In this document: positions 25,974 through 36,098 of the stretch, piece after piece
How positions within the stretch are numbered: the first letter of the stretch is position 1
Layout: every line of letters begins with the position of its first letter
Notes under the pieces: generated by a model
Seen by the model: only the letters and a program-made list of their open reading frames with translations
Database searches by the model: none
What the model was told of the DNA's origin: nothing
Translations under genes and position numbers: made by a program
From: Takakia lepidozioides
Lineage: Eukaryota; Plantae; Bryophyta
NCBI GenBank assembly: GCA_030704615.1
Contig: CM060733.1
Span: 23,684,001 to 23,748,000 of the forward strand
DNA length: 64,000 nucleotides
Reading direction: 5' to 3'

Positions 25974-26915
25974 ATTTGTCTTCTGGACTTGTTTGGCGGG
26001 ATCAGCATCGGATTGGCTGCTGTGTTACAGGCAGGTGTACGAGTTCGGCGTTACCTGTATGTGGAGAGGGATGAGATTGCATGACACGTTTCAATTCGCC
26101 ATGTTGCTCAGTTGGTGCAGCGGTACCCTGAGTTGTTGCCGGTGTCTGCAGTTCGTGGATATCAGCAGGCCTTGCCAGCAGACATTTCGTTGCTGGGGGC
26201 GCAGGATTTGGAGCGGGTTGGCTCCATTGATCTAGTAGTGGTAGCTTGGCCCTGCCAAGGGCATTCATCAGCCGGGCATGACAATGGATTGCGAGACTCG
26301 AGGTCGGGTCTGTTTTAGAAGATGGTGCGGGTTTTGCGCCACTTGCAGCTTCATCAAGCTGTATCTCCAGCATACATCTTGGAGAATGTGCCACTGATGA
26401 GCGATTCTCGGGCCAGGGTGATGGCCAGTGTGCATCAAGTCCGGTCGTGGCTTGGGTCAGCAGTGTTGCTAGATGCAACTACAGTGGGGTCACAGGCTCA
26501 TCGTCCACGGCTATGGTGGACTAACTTGATGCCACCCGCACTGCTCAAGCGTGCATTTGATGGGATGCAGCGGCCAGCACATCTCACAGTGGATAGCATT
26601 CTGGACATATGGAGGCAGTCTCAGCGTGTGAGACACGATGACCGTTCGCCTTTGGCAGTGGTCAACAAGGTGGGTCAACCACGAGCATCATTACCTACAT
26701 TGCTCAGCTTCCCAGGATCGCATGCTTTCCGGGATAGTGGACCTGGCCTCCTGTGGGATGCTCAGTTGCAGCAGTTAGTGGAGCCTAATGCTGACGAGCG
26801 TGAGCGGGCAATGGGTTTTACCACTGGTACCACGGCGATGTCGTCTCTTTCTGAGGCATCACGTCGTCAGGTGTTGGGGCAAACAATGGATCTCAATTGC
26901 TTGACCTGGATTATC
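25974..26915 (+). pseudogene. C5-cytosine DNA methyltransferase domain (DNMT3-like), copy 2, spanning motifs I-X with two premature stops
   Basis: LDLFGGISIG, YVERD, WPCQ (Cys codon 26253), GLRDSRSGLF, ILENV, AHRPRLWWTN, ERERAMGF, RRQVLGQTMDL. Stops at 26082 and 26316. Confidence 0.92.
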
Positions 26916-27289
26916 AGCTTGGCTATGGCTGGGCAACGTAGAGTGCGGAGTGCACTTCCCTTGACGGTCTCTCTGCCTACCGAGACGGTACAGGCAGCGA
27001 GTGGGGGTGAGCCGGTGAGGACCATGGGGTGTAGACATCCATGGCACACGTGGGAGGTGCTCGAGGTCCAGAGGGAGTTGGCAGCCAAGGCAGCTGTGAT
27101 GGATGAGGTTGGGGATTCTTCTCGGGTTGAGGAGGTTCTCAATGATGAGATGATGGGGCAGGATGAGGCCTTGTCATTGACTGAGCAGGAAGGGAGTACT
27201 GCTCAAGAGGTTGCAGCATAGCAACCACGGGACGCGTCCTCTACCTCTAAGCCCACTGGACTTAAGGTTGCAGTTACGGAGGACAATTG

Positions 27290-28162
27290 GGAGCCTGACA
27301 TTGGACCCATTGTCACCGGAGGAGAGAGACGACGTATGCGGCGGTTCCTGAGGGCTTACAGGAATTGCTTTGCCTTCAGTTTGAAGGACTTGGAGCACTG
27401 AAGGGTCAAGAGATTCGCATTGAATTGGCTACTGACACGCCAATCTTTCGGAGACCCTATAGATACAGTGACATGGAGAGGTCCTTGATCCAGATGAGAA
27501 CTCAGGATCTTTGGGAGGCAGGTTTGGTGGAGCTCTCTGGTGGAGAGTATGCTTCAGCCACAGTGATGCCAGTCAAGAAGGATGTCTATGACAATTGGAC
27601 GGAGAGACGTATGTGCGGTGATTACCGGCCTGTAAATCGTCAGACCAAGTCCGATAGGTATGCCATGCCAACACCAGAGGAGATCTTTGATGCCATTGGG
27701 CATTCCAAGGTCTTTAGCACGTTGGATTTACGACCCGGATATCACCAGTTGCCGATCAAGGAGGCGGATAAGCAAAAGACGGCATTCTGGGGGATCAATG
27801 AGCACGGGAAGGATTGCCTATACCAGTGGCGGTTCTTACCATTTGGGCTTAAAAACGCTCCTGCTGAGTTTCAAAGGGTCATGGACAGGATTCTAGCAGG
27901 GGTGGAGTTTGCTCGGTGCTACATAGATGACATCATCATCTTTAGTGCTACGGTGGAGGAGCATGAGAGACACATTCAGGGGGTATTTGAGCGCTTGAGT
28001 ACGCACGAATTGAAGTTACATCCGGGAAAGTGCAAGTTTTTCCACAACCAGATTGAGTATCTGGGTCACATGATATATCCTGGAGGATTGGGGGTACAGC
28101 AGACTAAGGTAGAGGCCATTGCACAAATTCCACGCCCCACGGATGTGAGCCGACTTCGAGCC
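27290..28162 (+). pseudogene. Gypsy reverse transcriptase
   Basis: RRPYR, RMCGDYRPVN, STLDLRPGYHQ, KTAF, LPFGLKNAP, YIDDII, KCKF, YLGH. One frameshift at ~27393. Confidence 0.95.
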
Positions 28163-28318
28163 ATAGTGGGCAGCATAGTGGTAGCCTAGTGATTGACTAG
28201 TTGTAGCCTAGTGGTTGGATTAGTGGTGGACTAATGATATACTAGTGTGTGGCGTGCACATGTGTTGTGTGGTTTTGGACAGCGATGTAGTTGTGTAGCG
28301 ATATGTATGCGCACGATA
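28163..28318 (-). repeat. Second copy of the 542-682 repeat, abutting the truncated RT
   Basis: Reverse-complement match to 544-680, including the CTAGTGG sub-repeats. Confidence 0.7.
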
Positions 28319-29617
28319 CCTATGAAGATGGCGCAAAGTGTATACTTTTTATTCGCAGGTTCCATATGGAGGAAATGTTATTGGTATACAATCAGCACGA
28401 GGCGTACCGTGTGTTCCTACTAAATACATGTTGCTCTATACACACAATTGTCTCATTGTCTAAGTTCTTTATATTGCCAGTTGTAGTGTATATTATAGTA
28501 GGAAGACCTCTAGGATTATCACCACTATTTTTGTAGATCATGTCCGTTTCGACTGCTATTGGTATGTATTGACAAAATTACATGAAATCGTCAACTTCAT
28601 GAACTTGGTTTATGAGACGAAATCAAGTGAGGTCAAATATCATCATATTGCACCATTTCCCTAACCTTCCAAAATCACCTTTAAAGTTTACATTGATGGA
28701 GTGATAGAGGTAGTATATTGCAATGAAGCGAGTAGTAAGAGGTGATATGGGCAAGGCGGTTAATGAACAATATTAGATACACTAAAGCAAAACAAAGAAC
28801 CAACTATATTAATACAAAGATATGTGCATAATCGTAAATATCATGTAAACACAAAATACAAAGACACACATATGTAGAGAGTTTCAGCAAAAAGGAGACA
28901 AGTATGTATATCGAAGGATCAAAATGTTGACATCTTCATATCAACAAATTGAGAATTTTGGATTTCAGTATGTGCGCCTAGTGCACATGATCATCAATAG
29001 TGCTATAATAGCAAGCGTGAAAATGAAGACTAGTACAGTGCGTGATTAATTACACTATATTCTTGTCTATATTTGCTTTAGTGTTATATATTATTGATCT
29101 TGAGCAACAGAGGTTGCATAATGAGAATGTTCGAAATCAGCTTGATATCCATCTTATCATAAACTATAACAAACTATAAACATAAGTATACTCATGTATT
29201 AACACTCCTGTACTGATTGCCAGAAGTTGTCAATGAAACTGAACAAATTGATCTTGTCACATCTAGTTTTGGTTGACCTCTGAAATACTATTCTTGAGAG
29301 ACAATTCAGTGTGTAGAAGAAGGTCAAGGTGTTAAGGCGCAACTGAGAACATCATGATTTCTGCTGGTTCAGTCACCACAATTCATTTACATCAATTGAT
29401 ACTCCAATTTTTTGAAATGTGGTTCTGGCCCGAGTTAATCCAAATGATCCCTGTATTTGAATCCCGCCCAATTTATAACATCAAAGTGTCTCTATGTAAG
29501 CATACTGGCCATTTGCTAGGCTAAAGAATCATGAATTTTGTGTGCTAGCGATCAAAAATGGTACATAGTGGTATCTTCAACCATTTTGGAAGGCGCCTAA
29601 TTAGCTAAGATTTCTTT

Positions 29618-31723
29618 CTACACATCACAATTTGACTCTCGACTGGACCTATTGCCAGAAGTTGTTTGATCCACAACTCTTTGAAGCGCTTCCTGCACCT
29701 GACCGATGCTCTGGTTTTGCTCCCTGGTCATCTTCACACACCCAAAACACACACACGATGAAGAGCCATGAGCTACATGCTGCAAGCTGGTCATCCATAT
29801 TTTGAAGAAAAGTATGCTCCAGCGACTATCTGGGTTCAATCTAGGGCCCTGGATATCGGAGATGAAATCTTCATCTCCTGGATACTCTCCTGGATACTCT
29901 CTCCCGACTGGGTGAGGTCCACTTAATCAACTGAACTCAACTTACTATCGAACCATTGCAAGAAAAGAGAAATTTACTAGTGCAGCACAAGGGAAACCTA
30001 AGAATGTGCACAGTTGCGAGAGGATATTAGAGGACTCACCATAACTGTCAAGGTAACGTGAATCCGACCGTCTGTGCAATTGGAATTCACAAAGAGTACC
30101 TTCATCTGAAAGTCCCTTAGAACAGTCAATATTCTAATCAGTGTTTGTGGTTGGTCGTTGGCCTCCACTTCGATGCGCACAGTCAAACGACCTGAGCCGT
30201 CAGGGGACTCATCTACTCTTAGGACATTCGCTCCTGTGGAAGCTTTTGATGTGCTTGAACCTGCATGGATTGTAGAAACTCCTTCCACTTCTGGAACCGT
30301 GGGCGTTTGAGAACCTCGTGGAGCGCTGGTACAGCCCACTTCCTGTCTTGAGGGGACCGAGGACGACATTTGATCAAGGAGAGCCTGGGGCATTCGCTTT
30401 TGTAACTGTTCTACCGTAGTTGTCAGCTGATGTATAAGCTCGATGGTTTGAGTAAGTATTGATACCTTGTCTTTCTGTTCAAGCAGTGACCGCAGGTTAG
30501 GATGCATGTTCAGCTGAAAATAGAGAGAACTTCCCGTTTTCTTACAAAAGCAACAGAAAAGTACATCCGATTGTCCTGGCCACAGCCTTGAACAGCGCTA
30601 TGACAAAAGGGCAATCATGGGAACCAACTGTACATAGGGATTTGAAGCGATTTACCTTTTTGATAGTGGGAAGTAGTTGGGAGAGAACAGCGATTTTGTC
30701 ATTGAGTTTCGTTCTTCTTTGTCGCTCTGCCAACTTGTGAATGCGTGCAGCTTCATCATGGGCTGGATTCGAGAATCCCCTCGTAGTGCTCCCAGGACTG
30801 CTTACATTACTCTTAATTTCATGACTTACCCCGGATGGTACCCTATGTCGGCCTAAATATTCCTGTTGTTGATTCTCTTCAATTATCAATGGAGCCAAAC
30901 GTTCTCTCCATTGCAGAAGCAGCGACCGACGTCTTCTGGTGCATTGAGAATGCTCTGATCCCTGCAAACGTGCCCCCAGGCCTTGAAAGGGGGATGTGCG
31001 GGAGTGCTGAAAAGCCACAGGCCGCATAGAGACAATGAAGCTTGGATCACGGCTACGCACAAGCGGGGCCTCATAGGTGGGGATGGTAGCAGTTGTAGAC
31101 GCCAACACAGTAGGGTTCTGTCCCAAGGCAGAGTCTCTGCTTTCAGTTTGTTGTGGTGTAGATACCTGGCTCGTCTGAACGCCATGAGACCTTGCTTCGA
31201 GTAGTTGGGAGACAGATGATGGAAGTGAAGGAGTTAAAGGTAACTGCGGTTCAGAATATGGTCCAATTGGGTTCTGCATGGTAGATGCCAAGAGTAAGTC
31301 TTCGGCACTTTGATCGACGGGCAAATCCCACTGGAAATCTAGCAGTGATGTACTAATCGGCAATCTTCTTGCATTCAAATCGACCTCGTTCAAAACTGTT
31401 GGGGCCTGCCCAACTGTATTTCCAAACTCTACAGGCTGAAAGTCCTGAAATAAGTTCAGGCACCCAAGAGTATCATTGAAAGTGGAAGGCCGACTAGATT
31501 CTGGAACCTGTGCCATTAGGTTTGGGTTCGACACAAGAGCGACACTAGAAATGCTGAACGCCGGGTCCCTCGTGCCTTGATGTTCCAGAATTGACCCATG
31601 TCTTTGCTCCTGGAGGAGGCCTGCAGTGGAAGTAGAAGCTCTGGAATCGATAGTGGATCCTTGTCCCTGGGAGATTCGAGGAGAATTTGGGAGACCCTTG
31701 TCGTCAGATAGAAAGCTTTTCAT
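29618..31723 (-). CDS. bHLH transcription factor with C-terminal ACT-like domain; exons 31723-30656, 30474-30040, 29731-29618
   Basis: HKLAERQRRTKLNDKIAVLSQLLPTIKK|KDKVSILTQTIELIHQL is the bHLH, with an intron in the loop. VRIEVE..QTLIRILTVLRDFQMKVLFVN is ACT-like. GT-AG junctions keep the frame. Additional 5' exons cannot be excluded. Confidence 0.85.
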
Positions 31724-32982
31724 ATAGCTTATAATTTCCTCGGTTTCAGGTACCTACCGCGCAATATCCATTAGTTAGCACTTTTGAGTGTCCCCTTCAG
31801 AGTTTCAGAACCAGCTGTAACTTCAACTCTACATAAATTGCTATTGCTCTGGCCTCTGAACCTTGATGTCTAACCTAAGCTTATAGAACAAGTTTAGCAC
31901 TTTGAGTGATTGGACCGAAGCTTAAGCATTCATGACCGATTCCCTGGAGAGCTGCTCGACTGTCCAGATAATGAAGAGCTAATTCAAGTTGGCATCAGCA
32001 ACCTGAGTTCAAGAGACTATTTCCCCCCTAGTTCGTGATTGTTTCCCCGTTGAGAATCCTTAGAAAATCACATATTACTTGTCAAGTAAGACCTGGAAGG
32101 CAAACAATCTTACAAGAGCAGTGGTTGCCAACTCCACACAGCATCTGCCATCAGCTCCAAGTCCTGGAATGCACACAATCGTCTGTTCATAGCAATGAAC
32201 GATGAACCGTCAAATTTCAATATTGCATGTTCCCATAGGTGCGAGCTCATGTTTATTTGAATTGTAGAGATTGTACACGGTCAGTGCACTCAGAACGCGT
32301 TGACAATGTGCTCATCACTTAAAATGCTACCTAGAGACAATTTTAAACTGACTTGTACATAAGTGAGCACTATTTTTGTTGTGCTAGTGCCTCTAGAGAC
32401 AATGTCCAGTCGCCACTTTCTGTGTCAAATAGTACAATGCAGAGGTCTACAGTGTCCAAAAGATGGTGTCTCAGTTTCAATTTCTCGTGAAAGTGACCTA
32501 TACATTCAAACAGATTTTCAAAGGTGTCAAGTACACGAGCGCATACTGACCTGAATCTGGGCATCCTGTGTTTCAGTCGACCGCACATTATTTGAAAAAG
32601 ACAAGCAGAATCGAAAGTCAGTGGGAGCGAAATATTGAGGGAATTCCACGATACTTTGATTCTTATGCATACACACATCACTCCTGGGCATGCCGAAGGA
32701 CTAGTACAACATTAACACAATCTATATATTCACAAACGTCCACTTATGATGATGATACACAAGATTTTCATAGAGAGCACTTGTAGAAAGGGATGTCCAA
32801 AGGTCTTACCTGTAAGAACCGAGTTTTCATTTCGTTGGTGGGAAACTCTACCATATTTCGTGTCCACCAAAGAGGGGAACCCCGTTGTAAGGCGAAGGCT
32901 GCATAGCTGCAGGTGTGGACAACATAATATACGTTAGGTTCCAAAGCCGGGGGTGCTCAGGAAAGTAAGTACTCCCGAAAGA

Positions 32983-33115
32983 GAAATGAAATGAAATGAA
33001 ATGGTGCTTTATAACGTCCGCGGAAAGCTCGTAGAGCTTATGGGACAAAATGGAAGAAAACATGAGAGAGGAACAAATCCAGAAACCACAATTAATGTTC
33101 TAGCGATTGTCTAAG
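32983..33115 (-). repeat. 5'-truncated RTE-type LINE 3' tail
   Basis: Reverse complement of 35173-35305, including the (CATTT)n tail. Shorter pieces at ~33703-33754 and ~35776-35815. Confidence 0.85.
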
Positions 33116-34129
33116 AGAAATGCGACCTGGAATGTGCACAAAAGCAGAACTTAGGGCTGATCATGCCTGGTATGATGGGTTGAGATTTGTTCTGGTGATT
33201 CAAGTAGAATCTAGACTCGACTACTTCTCATTTGAAGAACTTCGCATGTAAGAGAACCACACGATAACGCAATAACTTTGCACACTTCAAGGACTTCCAT
33301 TCAAGCTTTAGCTACAAGAATGTAGACGGGTTCAAGCCATGGGTTAGTATACATACCCATGGCCAGGTTTCAAGCGACAGGATCTGAAAACGAGAGTGAA
33401 GTATTGCTCAAGTCGACGTTGGTTCCCGTACTCCACGTTTCCACCGAGATACCAGCCTTCCTTCCAAACCAGCTCCCTGAAGGTGTACCCAAGGGAAGAC
33501 TTTCTTTAGCTCTACCATCACTACAAACTGCCATAACAATGCACAGTACATCCAGGTATGAGGAGAATTCTTGAAAGAAACGTATTATTGGCCGGGAAGG
33601 GCCCCATACCAAGGAAAAGAGAATGTACTCATAAGACGTTGTTTGCCGCAGCCTTGTGGCCATAGAACCCCGCGCTCAGTTTGGGCGAAACAAGAGGAGA
33701 AGAGAAATGAAATGGTGCTTTATAACGTCCGCAGAAAGCTCATAGAGCTTATGGGTATTTTCCATCGTGGACATTCAAGGTGCAAGTTATGCCTCTTGAA
33801 GACGCGTTCACGTATCGCTGGGACCCATTTGATTTGACCAAGGTACGTCTGCTCGTCCTTCTCTGTTGTTTGTGGAAATTACATCAGTGATGGAGAATAT
33901 GGTTTGCGACCCGACGTGAAATGGATGTGGAATAGTTTGGATCTGTTTGATACCAGCTCGCAGAGTCGCATTTGATGTCATACTCTTCTGGTTTCTGGAG
34001 GTACTCTACTCTGGCCATTAATGGACAATGTATGTGCAGGTGTGGCCTCACAAGGATTATCCGTTGAGAGAAGTTGGAAAACTCGTTCTCAATAGGAATG
34101 TCACAAACTACTTCGCAGAGGTAATCTGA

Positions 34130-35305
34130 TCGGAGATTCATCTTCAACCAGCAGGAAATTGAGATTGTGAAATCATACCGGTACCTGGGTCTGGTTATCC
34201 ACTCCCCCAAGTTTCACTTTGCAACCACTGCCTTGGACAGATTGACTAAAGGTAAGGCGGCCTCCGTCCGCCTTCAGGCCAAATGCAAGCAAATACATCT
34301 GCGGCATCCCCCGACCAAAAAGTGGCTGTTTGACACCGTCGTCAGCCCTGCTACCATCTATGGTTGTGAGTTCTGGGCACCTGGTGTCCCTGTCTCCTGG
34401 TGGGAAAAGAATTTGGAACCATTAGTCATCTTTTCTCCAAGCAATGCTTGGCGCCAGGAGCACAACTCCATCTCAGATCCTAGGTGCAGAGTTCGCATGT
34501 GTACCATTGCAATCCGAGGCCCTCTTCAGGCTTACAATCTTTCTCCACAGATTGCAGGCCCTTCCACCCAAAGGGCTAGTGGCAAGGGCCCTCACAACAT
34601 CTATGAGGCTCAAAGCTGCAGGTTTCAGGAACTCCTGGTATGCTCGAGTGGACAGTTTATTTCAACGTAACGGACTTTCTACTGCTTTCCTATTACCAAT
34701 GAACCCAGATGAGGTGGACATCACATCCAGACATGACCGCAACAGACTCATTAGGAGAGAGCTTATGGAATTACATGTCAAGAGAACTTGGAAGCTACCC
34801 AATCTCACGACAAAGCTCCACTTCTATCGAGAGACATTCTTGGTGCTCCGCGATGAGAGAATCTTGAGACCAAATTACCTTTCAGCACCCTTCTCTCCTT
34901 CCCTCCTGAGGGCATTGGGGCGGTTCAGGGTGGGTTCCCACAACCTACGGATAGAGACTGGCAGATGGGAAAACCTGCAACGGGAGGACCGCCTATGTCC
35001 AGCTTGCATATGGCGCAGCAAGGAAATTAAAACTGAAGAACACTTCTTCTTCGACTGCTACGAGATCCGTGGGAGATTCCACTGTTTATTCAGTGGAACC
35101 CAAACTCTCACTGATGTCTTCCACTATGAGGATAAAAAATGCTTGGCAGCCTACCTACACGAGGCCTTCACCCTTAGACAATCGCTAGAACATTAATTGT
35201 GGTTTCTGGATTTGTTCCTCTCTCATGTTTTCTTCCATTTTGTCCCATAAGCTCTATGAGCTTTCCGCGGAGGTTATAAAGCACCATTTCATTTCATTTC
35301 ATTTC
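34130..35305 (+). mobile_element. 5'-truncated non-LTR retrotransposon (RTE/RTEX-like): RT thumb, C-terminal zinc motif, 3'UTR and (CATTT)n tail
   Basis: YRYLGL, LFDTVVSPATIYGCEFW, RFRVGSHNLRIETGRW..CPAC..EEHFFFDC. Stop at 35196 and a microsatellite tail. Confidence 0.85.
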
Positions 35306-36030
35306 CCCGGCGCACATGGTACCTGGTATTGAAGCATCACCAGACCGTGTGCTGCAATCGCGCTTGTTTGCTTACGATGATACCGCCCGGTACCGATTGG
35401 GAGCCAATTACTTGCAGGTGAAGATCCCTGATTGCCCTACCAATTTCTGCTTGCATTGAAATACACAAGTTTCATATACATGTCAGCTAGATTGTCCTTC
35501 TCCGCTCCGAAGTTGCCATTGCTTGACATTGATATTGGGTTTTACAGACATAAGTTCTGCACATGGAGGTTTCTTTAACTCCAGAGCGGTCTTATGCTGC
35601 AGATTCCTAAGCGTGAATTTGCTTCGTATTCTTACTTCAATCTGAGTTGTGATTTCATGACGATGATGGTATAGTCGACCTGTCTGAGGAAAAAGTAGGC
35701 TAGAGTACAACTGAATTGTCTTTCTTTATTCACTGTGTGGGCAAATTGTGGCTGCAGATTCCTATCAATCGATGTAAATGGAAGAAAACATGAGAGAGGA
35801 AACAAAACCAGATCCAATAATAAAAACTATTGCTCGAGTGTTTGTCTACGGGTGAAGGTCTCGTGCAGGTAAGCTGCCAAGCATTTCTGATCCAGAGAGA
35901 GAGAGAGTACTCATAAGACGTTGTTTGCCGTAGCCTTGTGGCCATTGACCCCGTGCCCAGTTTGAGCGGGAACAAAAGGGACAGAACCTACCTCTGTCAG
36001 GGGCTGACGTTGGTAGTAAGACTTACCTTC

Positions 36031-36095
<65 letters not shown>
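36031..36095. repeat. Compound (AT)n(AG)n microsatellite
   Basis: Directly visible. Confidence 0.95.

Positions 36096-36098
<3 letters not shown>

Larger units (their letters stand above)
24100..28162 (+). mobile_element. Ty3/Gypsy copy 2 (LTR start, two internal deletions, protease-C5 methyltransferase-reverse transcriptase), 3'-truncated
   Basis: 24100-24685 matches copy 1 11491-12213 (minus 148 bp). 24681-26825 matches 16146-18290. It continues into RT. No RNase H, integrase or 3' LTR. Confidence 0.92.
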
